Source of the DNA: Candidatus Bathyarchaeia archaeon
GTDB lineage: Archaea; Thermoproteota; Bathyarchaeia; Bathyarchaeales; Bathycorpusculaceae
DNA: 42,974 nucleotides
Assembly (NCBI GenBank): GCA_049512935.1
Contig: JBEKWR010000015.1
Location: 1 to 42,974, forward strand
Direction of reading: 5' to 3'
Shown here in pieces: positions 16,296-24,486 of this stretch (position 1 is its first letter; each line of letters starts with the position of its first letter). Below the pieces are notes generated by a model. The model made no database searches. It was not told the DNA's origin and saw only the letters and a program-made list of their open reading frames with translations. A program made the position numbers and the translations under genes.

Positions 16296-19031
16296 TTAGG
16301 CAAGGAAACTTTCAAGCTTCGTTAACCCGATAATTTCCTCAAAACTCAACCCCAACGCATCAAGGACCTGGTCAAAAGTTGACTGCAAGTAAGCAACGTA
16401 CTTGTCAACGTCCACCTCGTTTCTCGACGTTAACTCAACGGGTTTCACGCCAGAGTTGACATCATCCAAGGAGCCACGTGAAGACGATTTAAGCACTTTG
16501 ACAAAACTAATCTGGTCGCCTGCCCTCAGTTCCTTGCCGCTTTTCTGCAGGATCCGCGCAGCCTTAACGTGCTGAGGAGTAGTTTTCGTATAACTGGACA
16601 ACTCGTCACCTAACACCATGTGGAACGCAAGCTCATTAATGTCAGCCCATTCTCTCCGTTTAAGCCGCTGGTAACGCTCACGGATTATTCCCGCTATTTC
16701 TTTTTTGGCTTTTTCGAAGTCCTCGGGGTTCTTGACTTTTGCAAGTTTTTCCTTCATTTCGTTAAATGAGTCTTTGATGAAGATGGGGATGTGTTTTTTC
16801 TTGCCTGTTAAGCCTTTAACGTCAACTGTGCCATCCTCTAGGACTCCAAGGTAATTCTTTTTGCGTGCGCTGAAGACAGCGTATCGATAGACTTTGTCAA
16901 CGTCTATGCCCATGTGCAATTCATGTTCTGTGAAGCTGACGACATCTTCAATCTGTTCTTTGGTGGGGTTCTTGAGGAAGAGGCTGTCTGTGTCGCCGTA
17001 GAGAACCTTGATGCCCACAGACTCGGCGTGTTTGAGTATCTGGGTGATCGAGTATCTGCCGATGGCTGCCGTCGCTTCAGCAACGGGCGGGCAGTAGAGG
17101 TCGAAGCTGTCGGCGCCGAATACTCCGTAACTTGCGTTTAAGATGACTTTGAGCGCTCCTTGAGTGATGTTGTACCAGCTTCTGAGTTCAGGAGGCAAAG
17201 TTTTGTCTTTTGCTCGGCTCTTGTACCAATTTACGCGTAAATCTCTAAGTGAGCCTATAAGCAAGCTTTCGAGTGCCCGTTTTTCAGTGCAGACCCAATG
17301 CTGAGTGTCAGGAATGCTGTGTCCTTTGCATCCAGGATGGTTACAGCGGATAGATTGGTAGCCTAAATTCCAAACCTTGATGATTGAAGGGTACAGACTT
17401 GGAAAATCCATGACTGCAACGTTAAAGTGGACGCCAGGGGTTGGCTCGACGACTATGGCGCCCTTGTATTTCTTGCCCTTAATGACGGCGGTTGTTGACG
17501 TTTTTCCTTTCTTTGTAAGGATGTCTGCTGCGTTTGGAATCAGTATGTTGTGTTTGCGGTGTTCCCGATGCATAAAATTGCGTATCCATCGGCTCACTCC
17601 TTGGCGGCTGACATCCTCCATAGGCATGCTCGCGATGCGGGCCAGAACAAGGATTAGTTTCATGGCTGAATCGTTGTCAAAACTGGTTAGTTTGTAGGTG
17701 ATTTCTGAGTCCCGCAGGCAGTAAGCGGCAAGTTCAGAGTAGTTCAGTTCCCCGAAGGCTTTTTCTAAATGAATTTTCTGTTCGCCTAAGAGAGCGTTGC
17801 CGACGTCGTCAAGGCTCACGTCTTTGTATCGGTTGCCATAGGCGTAGATTTGCACGGAACGGTTAAAGAAGAACTTGTAGAGGTCAATGTGGATGCCGTA
17901 CTTAAGTAAGCAAACCCTATCGAGTACTTGTATTGGGATTTCACTTGGCTTCATACCCAATTTTAGCGCTCGATTACTGAGGTAACGTAAGTCAAAATCG
18001 TCACCGTTAAAAGTCAGAATGAAGGGGTAATCCCAAAGCACGTCGAAGGTTTTCTTGAGCAGTTCCTCCTCTGTCTCGTAATATTCTACCTTGATGTCCT
18101 GTGTGAGGCGTGGGATGCCTTCTCTCATGCCTTCGCGTCTTAGAACAAGAACTCTCTTTTCCCCGTCTGAACTGTACACGGATACGGCGATAACTTGTCC
18201 TTCCGCTACATCCGGGTTAGGCATCCTTGTCGCTATCGAAGACAAAACTTCAATGTCTATGGCTGCCCTGCGGAACTTAGGCGCTGGGTACTCCAGCAGT
18301 TTCGCCCACATTTCAGCGTAACTACGTTCTTCTTCAGAACAGCCCTTGAACAACGCCCGTATCGTGTTTAAGCTATTCGCGGCTTCTTCAACCACTTTTT
18401 CAACAAGAGCACCGTCTTTGACCTCGTAAATCATCCCCGGCAGCAGTTGGCGGTCGTAAATGTATGATTGATAATATTTGATGCTTGACTCCCAGACCTT
18501 GACATCTTCCCTTGCAACTGGCATGTCCGAGACTTTCGGAAAATCCTCAGGAATAATGTCTCTTATGGTGCCGTATGGTTTGCCACCGATGGCTAACGGA
18601 TCGTTAGTCACTATTTTTGTTACTTCAATTTCTTGATCTGAAAAAGGATCTAATTTCTTGCATGTTTCGATATGGTCAAAGCCAGGGTGTTTAACAACGC
18701 GCTCGATTTTTTCCAAGTCAACCCTTGACAAATTAGTCAGGCAGTAGGGTTTGTGTCCAGTGTTGTCGTACCAAAAATAGATTTGCCCCGACTCAGGCTC
18801 GTAAAGTTTGATGACGGCTTTCTTTAGGCGTCCATCATACGATGCCGATACAAAGTAGGATGCTGGAAGATTGGCGGGCGCAACAGGCGGAAACTCGCGG
18901 GGCTTCCTCTCCCGCTTTATTTCTTGAACTTTCTCCAGCTCAGGCGTCGGCGTAGATTCCGCTTTAGGCTCAGCTTTCGGCAGGGGCTTAGCTGGTTCAC
19001 TGATGCAATAATCTAAGAGGGTGCGCGCCAT
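16296..19031 (-). CDS. polB1: Family B DNA polymerase (crenarchaeal PolB1 type)
   Basis: Exonuclease motifs IDIEV, TFNGDDFDL, YCLRDS; polymerase motifs DFPSLYPS, KVILNASYGVFG, YGDTDS, KKNY; N-terminal YDNTGHKPY typical of PolB1. Confidence 0.93.
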   Translation of the reverse strand: MARTLLDYCISEPAKPLPKAEPKAESTPTPELEKVQEIKRERKPREFPPVAPANLPASYFVSASYDGRLKKAVIKLYEPESGQIYFWYDNTGHKPYCLTNLSRVDLEKIERVVKHPGFDHIETCKKLDPFSDQEIEVTKIVTNDPLAIGGKPYGTIRDIIPEDFPKVSDMPVAREDVKVWESSIKYYQSYIYDRQLLPGMIYEVKDGALVEKVVEEAANSLNTIRALFKGCSEEERSYAEMWAKLLEYPAPKFRRAAIDIEVLSSIATRMPNPDVAEGQVIAVSVYSSDGEKRVLVLRREGMREGIPRLTQDIKVEYYETEEELLKKTFDVLWDYPFILTFNGDDFDLRYLSNRALKLGMKPSEIPIQVLDRVCLLKYGIHIDLYKFFFNRSVQIYAYGNRYKDVSLDDVGNALLGEQKIHLEKAFGELNYSELAAYCLRDSEITYKLTSFDNDSAMKLILVLARIASMPMEDVSRQGVSRWIRNFMHREHRKHNILIPNAADILTKKGKTSTTAVIKGKKYKGAIVVEPTPGVHFNVAVMDFPSLYPSIIKVWNLGYQSIRCNHPGCKGHSIPDTQHWVCTEKRALESLLIGSLRDLRVNWYKSRAKDKTLPPELRSWYNITQGALKVILNASYGVFGADSFDLYCPPVAEATAAIGRYSITQILKHAESVGIKVLYGDTDSLFLKNPTKEQIEDVVSFTEHELHMGIDVDKVYRYAVFSARKKNYLGVLEDGTVDVKGLTGKKKHIPIFIKDSFNEMKEKLAKVKNPEDFEKAKKEIAGIIRERYQRLKRREWADINELAFHMVLGDELSSYTKTTPQHVKAARILQKSGKELRAGDQISFVKVLKSSSRGSLDDVNSGVKPVELTSRNEVDVDKYVAYLQSTFDQVLDALGLSFEEIIGLTKLESFLA

Positions 19032-19141
19032 CCCATTCTGACCTACCCTGTCTATGCTCAGTGGCTACTAAAATCTTTAGTGACCCAAAAACGGCTTTTT
19101 ACCCGTTAAGGCTAAAGACCAAAAACTGGCTGAAAAATGGC

Positions 19142-19309
19142 TTAATATTCATGGAAGCATCCATGCATGCCTCTCTCGTATGGTTCATGCTTCAGGTAAA
19201 TGTGTTTATCAACTGATTTTTTGTCCTCGAAGATTTCACCGCACTCGGGGCACATGTACTGACCTGCCTTTGTTTCAGGAGTGCTTCGGCGCTTGACTAC
19301 CTGGCTCAT
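19142..19309 (-). CDS. Small classical C2H2 zinc-finger protein
   Basis: YMCPECGEIFEDKKSVDKHIYLKH; ATG at 19309 preceded by a GAGGTGA Shine-Dalgarno. Confidence 0.8.
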   Translation of the reverse strand: MSQVVKRRSTPETKAGQYMCPECGEIFEDKKSVDKHIYLKHEPYERGMHGCFHEY

Positions 19310-19673
19310 TAACTCACCTCGCTTAACCAACTAAAAACAAAAGTGAAATAAACCGCTGTGTGCAGATTCCAAGTTACACACTCAGCCAACCCCCTCTTTT
19401 TCTTCACGAAAACTCGGCTCCATTTTTGTGATGGTTTTGGTCACAAATACTAGACCCCTCTCCCTCTCGGGTAGGTCAGGGCTTGTTTCTGGCGGATTTT
19501 TTGATTTAGAGCTTGAATCTGGTTTAGGTTAGAATGCAAAAATAGAAGAAAGAAAGAGAAGATAAAAAGACGCTTGCCTGCAAAGGGTCTAAAATGAAAA
19601 TTGCAACTGAATGTGAGGATCAAACTTGAATTCTTATTTAGAAGCGCTGCATCTTCTTTAGGCGTGAACTGAT

Positions 19674-21020
19674 TTGTTGAAGGATGCTTGGACAGTCGCC
19701 ATTGAAACCCTAAGCTGGATGGAAATGCAGAAGCTAAGCGAACACTTAGCCCTCGCCAAAACCATAAAGCAGCTCGGCGTAAAAGACCCAAACGCCATAC
19801 GCTTCGCCTACGGCCTCATCGTTGAAACCACCCGGCGCCGAAACCTCATAGACAAACTCGTCAATATCGTCGTGGCTCCAAAAAAAATCGGCGATTACAA
19901 CCTCGGCGTCCAATCCTTCCTTCGACTCTACGTTTACCAAACTCGCATCGCGAAGAACTGGGGAAAAATCAACCTTCAAGAAGCACAGCACATCGCCAGC
20001 ATGGGCAGAGCAATCCTCGGGTGGCAAACCCTGCGGGAAGTCGAGCCTTACCTTGGGTTTCTTCTCACGCGTCAACTCGCGCCGATCTTGGAGGGCGCTG
20101 ATGACGAGGAGCGGGTCAGCCTGGAAACTTTTCACCCATCATGGTTCGTCAAGTACTGCATCAACCTCATGGGGCGCAACGAAGCCATAGCCTTCCTTCA
20201 GGGAAGCATGAACCCGCCGCCCACATATATCCGCCTCAACACCTTGGCAGATACAGAAGAAGGAATCCTGCAAAAAATCGACGCTGAAGAGATAAAGCTG
20301 GAAAAGGTGGAGCTGCTGAAGCATACATACAAGGTTTTGGAGACAAAGCAGCCTCTAAACTCGTTTCCAAGCTACAGGGAAGGCTTATTCTACGTGCAGG
20401 ATAAGGCAAGCTGCTTCGCCACACAAGCCGCCGAACCCAAAGAGGGAAGCATGGTCTTCGACGTCTGCGCAGCACCAGGCGCCAAAACTACCTACTTGGC
20501 CCAGCTCATGCAGAACCATGGCGCCATCTACTCGGTAGATTTTTCAGCGCGCAGAATGCAGACTTGGAAACGGGAAACAAGCCGAATGGGAAACGAAATC
20601 GCTGAGCCAATAATCGCCGACGCACGCGTTAGCCTGCCCTTTTCAGGCGAAGCCGACCTGATTGTGTTGGACCCGCCCTGCACGGGCACAGGCATCTTCG
20701 CCAAGCAACCCTCAGCCAAATGGCGCATCACTCAAAAATCAATCAACAAAATGGCGGATATTCAATGGCAAATGATCAACAGCTGCGCCGAAAAAGTGGC
20801 GGCTGGCGGCGTCATGATTTACTCAACGTGCAGCATAACCGTGGAAGAAAACGAGATGATAATCGAACGGTTCTTGAAAGAGCATGCGGAATTCCGCTTG
20901 ACTGAGATAGAGCCAATAATCGGTTTGCCAGGGCTGCAAGGGTTAACCCTGTGCCAGCGGCTTTACCCACACATTCACCAGTGCAACGGCTTCTTCATAG
21001 CTAAACTGCGAAAAGAATAG
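19674..21020 (+). CDS. RsmB/NOL1/NOP2/Sun-family RNA m5C methyltransferase with NusB-like N-terminus
   Basis: YIRLNTL, FYVQDKAS, DVCAAPGAKT, LDPPCTGTG, YSTCSITVEENE, GFFIAKL. Confidence 0.92.
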   Translation: MLKDAWTVAIETLSWMEMQKLSEHLALAKTIKQLGVKDPNAIRFAYGLIVETTRRRNLIDKLVNIVVAPKKIGDYNLGVQSFLRLYVYQTRIAKNWGKINLQEAQHIASMGRAILGWQTLREVEPYLGFLLTRQLAPILEGADDEERVSLETFHPSWFVKYCINLMGRNEAIAFLQGSMNPPPTYIRLNTLADTEEGILQKIDAEEIKLEKVELLKHTYKVLETKQPLNSFPSYREGLFYVQDKASCFATQAAEPKEGSMVFDVCAAPGAKTTYLAQLMQNHGAIYSVDFSARRMQTWKRETSRMGNEIAEPIIADARVSLPFSGEADLIVLDPPCTGTGIFAKQPSAKWRITQKSINKMADIQWQMINSCAEKVAAGGVMIYSTCSITVEENEMIIERFLKEHAEFRLTEIEPIIGLPGLQGLTLCQRLYPHIHQCNGFFIAKLRKE

Positions 21021-21183
21021 CGCGTTGCATGGTCAGAAGTTCTTTAGTGGAAAAATTCTCCGAGACGAGATTGAACTGCTTTGTGTCCGTGGCTTTCTGG
21101 ATTTGCTGGTTCGTTTGGTAAATGTTGTAAGCATGTAAGCCCTCGTCTCTTGATGCTGGTTCGTGTTGGGCTTGTTGAGAACG

Positions 21184-21207
21184 TTTAAAAGTATGACAAC
21201 CGTCATA
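21184..21207 (+). promoter_or_regulatory. TATA box TTTAAAAG followed directly by palindromic operator TATGAC-AACC-GTCATA
   Basis: Seen directly 22 nt upstream of the TTG at 21230; the same arrangement recurs before the paralogue. Confidence 0.7.
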
Positions 21208-21229
21208 AACACTAGAGAGCTGAAGGATT

Positions 21230-22021
21230 TTGATAAAAAAGAAATCTATTCACACTTACCTTTTTCTAACAATAATAGGACTGCTTCTAATCGCGCCAGT
21301 AGCACAAGTTTCAGCCCAGACGGAATGGAACCTACAGGTAACCAACTTGGGAGACACAACCGCCAACTACGCCTACAACCAACTCTTGGCGATGCCACAA
21401 ACCACCGTTTACGCCAACGAGCTTTGCTACGGCGGCTCCGTAGCCAGCGGCAACTGGGTCGGAGTCAGCCTTAGCTATCTACTTCAGCAAGCAGGACTAA
21501 CCCCAGCAGTCGCTTCGATTGATTTCCAAGCTCAAGACGGGTACGCAGTTATCCTCCCAGTTCAGGAGGCTATGCAGTCTGACGTGATCATTGCTTACGA
21601 ATTAAACGGGTCACCTTTACCTGAAACGCTACGTCTGGTGGTTCCTGAAGAAAACGGCAACATTTGGATAGCACTGATTACTTCAATAACAATGAGCACA
21701 AACGTAGTTCAATCAGCGTCTGGCGGTGGAGGAACAGAAGGCGCAATCCCTTCATCCAGCCCAACTGTGCAATCTTCAACTCCACCCGTACAGCAACCAT
21801 CAACAACGCCACAAAACCAGACCCAAACTGAAACAGGCGTACTTTCATCAAACACCACTCAACCCGAACAAAAAACAACTGCGCCTCAAACTCCCCTGAG
21901 TTCAAGTTTTCCATCCGTCGCTTTATACGCCATAGCAGTTGCCGCGGCTGCAGGGTTTGCGGCGGCAGGCTTTACAGCTTATAAGCGCAAGCGCGCAAAC
22001 CAAAGCGTCAGCCTGCCCTAG
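21230..22021 (+). CDS. Secreted, C-terminally membrane-anchored molybdopterin-dependent oxidoreductase (sulfite-oxidase/MsrP fold) domain protein, copy 1
   Basis: Signal peptide ending VSA-Q; ELCYGG, WVGVSLSYLLQQAG, AQDGY..LP, IAYELNGSPL, LRLVVP; S/T/P/Q linker; FPS + TM + KRKR. Confidence 0.8.
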   Translation: MIKKKSIHTYLFLTIIGLLLIAPVAQVSAQTEWNLQVTNLGDTTANYAYNQLLAMPQTTVYANELCYGGSVASGNWVGVSLSYLLQQAGLTPAVASIDFQAQDGYAVILPVQEAMQSDVIIAYELNGSPLPETLRLVVPEENGNIWIALITSITMSTNVVQSASGGGGTEGAIPSSSPTVQSSTPPVQQPSTTPQNQTQTETGVLSSNTTQPEQKTTAPQTPLSSSFPSVALYAIAVAAAAGFAAAGFTAYKRKRANQSVSLP

Positions 22022-22172
22022 GGGTTTAGAAAAGATGCGAAAAGAGGGCCAAGTCTCAAATTTCCTAATTTTTTAGCTACTTAGCTAAGCAGCCTGCTAA
22101 GTGAATGAGGTAAGTGCGGAGGCAGGTAAGTGCACCATTTCGATGGTGATTCTTTTGGTTTAGCTGGGAATG

Positions 22173-22196
22173 TTTAAAAGTATGACGCGCGTCATA
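22173..22196 (+). promoter_or_regulatory. TATA box TTTAAAAG followed directly by perfect 16-bp palindrome TATGACGCGCGTCATA
   Basis: Seen directly 21 nt upstream of the TTG at 22218; arms identical to those at 21192-21207. Confidence 0.72.
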
Positions 22197-22217
22197 AATA
22201 CTGTAGAGATGTGAGAT

Positions 22218-23015
22218 TTGACAGAAAAAAAAATTCTCCAAACCTTCCTTTTCCTAACACTATTCGGGTTGCTGCTGATAACCCCGATAGGAAAAGCGGC
22301 AGCTCAAACAGATAACAGCTTACAAGTAACCAACACAGAAAACGCGACCGCCAGCTACACCGACAATCAACTCTTAGCGATGCCACAAACCACCGTTTAC
22401 GACGATTGCTACTGCACAGGCGGTTCGATAACCAGCGTGGAGTGGGTCGGAGTAAGCCTCTACTATCTGCTTCAGCAAGCAGGACTGGATTCAACGGTCG
22501 CTTCTGTTGATTTTCAAGCTTCAGACGGAAACTCAGCAAGCCTTCCACTGCAGGAGGCCATACAGGCCAACGTGATTGTCGCCTACGAAGTAGACGGTTC
22601 ACCTCTATCTGGGCTACGCTTGGTGGTTCCTGGAGAAAACGAAAACGTTTGGTTAGCGCCTCTTACTTCAATAACCATGAGCACCACCGTAACTCAATCC
22701 GCAACTTACAGTTCAAAAACAGCGGTAGTTGTGCCGTCACCCCCTCCAATCGGGCAATCTTCAACCCAGCAAACGCCCGTTCAATCACAACCCACTGCCA
22801 CCCCACAAAACCAGAATAGCCCTGAACCAGCTGCATCTCCATCAAACGTCACCCAACCCGGACAGAAAGCAGCTGAGCCTAAAGTTTCCGCAGGAACAGG
22901 TTTTCCTTCCGCAGCGCTCTACGTGTTGGCAGCTGTAGCAGCAGTTGCATTGGCGGCGGCAGGCTACACGGCTTATAAGCGCAAGAGCAAGACAAAAACC
23001 ACACAGTCAACCTGA
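22218..23015 (+). CDS. Secreted, C-terminally membrane-anchored molybdopterin-dependent oxidoreductase-fold protein, copy 2 (tandem paralogue)
   Basis: Shares NQLLAMPQTTVY, WVGVSL.YLLQQAGL, DFQA.DG, LRLVVP.EN.N.W and FPS-TM-AYKRK with copy 1; has DCYCTGG. Confidence 0.8.
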   Translation: MTEKKILQTFLFLTLFGLLLITPIGKAAAQTDNSLQVTNTENATASYTDNQLLAMPQTTVYDDCYCTGGSITSVEWVGVSLYYLLQQAGLDSTVASVDFQASDGNSASLPLQEAIQANVIVAYEVDGSPLSGLRLVVPGENENVWLAPLTSITMSTTVTQSATYSSKTAVVVPSPPPIGQSSTQQTPVQSQPTATPQNQNSPEPAASPSNVTQPGQKAAEPKVSAGTGFPSAALYVLAAVAAVALAAAGYTAYKRKSKTKTTQST

Positions 23016-23041
23016 AAAGAGACCGAGAAGAAATCTTCAGG

Positions 23042-23638
23042 CTATTCGGTTCCGAAGTCGCCTAGAGTTCTCTGAGGTGTTTCTTTGCTGAATAAAGGGT
23101 ACGTTATTCTTGTTCCTTCCACCTTCGCCGTCTCGTTTAGCTCATGGTTGATGCAGCTTGCCGCGCTTATGATGTGCTGCACTTTAACGTGTCGCACGAC
23201 GAGCGCGTCAGAGATGAGGCTTCGGTGGCACCGCCACGGCAAGGCTTCAGCGCACATCAGCCCAAGGCAGTTTTCCCGCGCGAGGGCGACGATTTTCAGC
23301 AGGTTTTCGGTGAACTCTTTGGTCTGCATGTAGTCGGCGTAGCCGCGGAACCCCGTGTTTTTCCAAGCAAGGTTTACCGAGTCGTGTTTGGGTCTGCGCA
23401 AGCCGCCGATTTCTGGCATGTGAATGTACCGAACGCCGCTGGGTTTGAGGCTGCCGGGCAGGGTTTCCTTGTTGAACTGGGGGTTGTGCCTGCTGCGGGG
23501 AACCGTCCGCACGTCAACCACAAGGCTGATGCCGTATGCTTGAAGCAAACCGATGAACTCGTCAAGCGTCCGGGTCGAGTGACCGATAGTGAAGACAGTT
23601 AATTCTGAGTCCTTAGCCAAACACGTCGCCTTCATCAT
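23042..23638 (-). CDS. DUF488-family protein with C-terminal PIP-box-like motif
   Basis: FTIGHSTR, VDVRTVPRSR, GGLRR, FRGYADYM, LMCAEALPWRCHRSLISD; tail QRTLGDF. Confidence 0.88.
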   Translation of the reverse strand: MMKATCLAKDSELTVFTIGHSTRTLDEFIGLLQAYGISLVVDVRTVPRSRHNPQFNKETLPGSLKPSGVRYIHMPEIGGLRRPKHDSVNLAWKNTGFRGYADYMQTKEFTENLLKIVALARENCLGLMCAEALPWRCHRSLISDALVVRHVKVQHIISAASCINHELNETAKVEGTRITYPLFSKETPQRTLGDFGTE

Positions 23639-23691
23639 GATGAACTGTGTAAAGACAAAATATAAGCGTGAAATTCTTATGCAACTTAGGA

Positions 23692-24126
23692 TTAAGATTT
23701 CGGTTTAAGTACTCTTATATTTGTGACTTCATTTGCGTTAGTGCAAAGTTTTTGGTCCGCAGTGTAAAGTGTCCCATTCATTCTTTCTGAAGCTGCAACA
23801 TAGAGAGCGTCATATATGCTCAAGTTACGGCTCAAAGCAATCTGCATTGATTCCGCTGCAAGATCCCGACTTGCAATGACGTTTAACCCATCGTATATTC
23901 TGGTAAGGTCTTCTATCGTCGAGTTTACCTCTTCCAACTCCAAATCCTTAATCAACCTTGCATGTTTCCAAATTACGTTTAAGGTTTCGATCAAAGCAAG
24001 ATCTATCGTGTAGAGTGCATATCCCTTTTTTAGGAAGGCTGCAACCGTATTTCGAGCCTCTTTTGAGCCAGGCTCGCTAATTATGAGTTTCGAAATTATG
24101 TTGGAGTCAAGGATTAAATTTGGCGT
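23692..24126 (-). CDS. vapC: VapC PIN-domain toxin (144 aa if initiated at ACG 24126)
   Basis: Frame extends upstream of the track start as PNLILDSNIISKL...IETLNVIWK...SIYDALYVA...LYTADQKL, giving all four PIN acidic positions; no ATG/GTG/TTG precedes the first Asp. Confidence 0.8.
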   Translation of the reverse strand, partial: TPNLILDSNIISKLIISEPGSKEARNTVAAFLKKGYALYTIDLALIETLNVIWKHARLIKDLELEEVNSTIEDLTRIYDGLNVIASRDLAAESMQIALSRNLSIYDALYVAASERMNGTLYTADQKLCTNANEVTNIRVLKPKS

Positions 24127-24335
24127 TCTCTGTCCTCCCTTATCAACGCGGTTGAATCTATCTTTGTTTTTCTCTTGTCTGCCCGCTTCTCAACTTCCTG
24201 AAGAGTTTTCAACATTTCAACCTGCTTGATTCTTTCTTCTAGGAAGGCTCTAACTTCTTGGCTCCATTGAGCGGGGTTCTTGTCCATTTTCTCTTTAAGT
24301 TCCCGAGGTATTCGTACAGTTATGGTTGTAGACAT
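24114..24335 (-). CDS. vapB: VapB-type antitoxin with ribbon-helix-helix N-terminus
   Basis: MSTTITVRIPRELKEKMDK...WSQEVRAFLEERI, C-terminal LIREDRER; overlaps the PIN gene. Confidence 0.85.
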   Translation of the reverse strand: MSTTITVRIPRELKEKMDKNPAQWSQEVRAFLEERIKQVEMLKTLQEVEKRADKRKTKIDSTALIREDRERQI

Positions 24336-24486
24336 AACGCATCCCGTCTAGCTCATTTGTTTGAAATGTCTTAAAAATGTTGTGTTGCAAAATGTTTACA
24401 ATTCTGTGCACAGGCAGCATTAGAACAAATCAAAAAAATCCGAGCCTGCAATAATCATCAGTCCCATTTCTGACGAAAAAATAAAG

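Noticed and set aside
16296-19031. Intein in PolB
   Set aside because: Conserved polymerase motifs are contiguous and the length is normal for PolB1.
19425-19591. TTTGTGA/TCACAAA and TAGACCC/GGGTCTA inverted repeats as a MITE or operator
   Set aside because: Only 7-bp arms, no target-site duplication and no second copy in the window.
19450-19791. 113-aa minus-strand ORF
   Set aside because: It overlaps the methyltransferase start antisense and crosses low-complexity intergenic DNA; no protein-like motifs.
22030-22170. Moco/Tuco riboswitch before the second Moco-fold gene
   Set aside because: The region lies upstream of the TATA box, so it is not in that gene's 5' UTR, and I could not match the motif's conserved segments.
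24150-24180. A-rich run in vapB as a -1 frameshift site producing a VapB-VapC fusion
   Set aside because: There is no in-frame X_XXY_YYZ heptamer, and the SD+ACG start is a simpler explanation.
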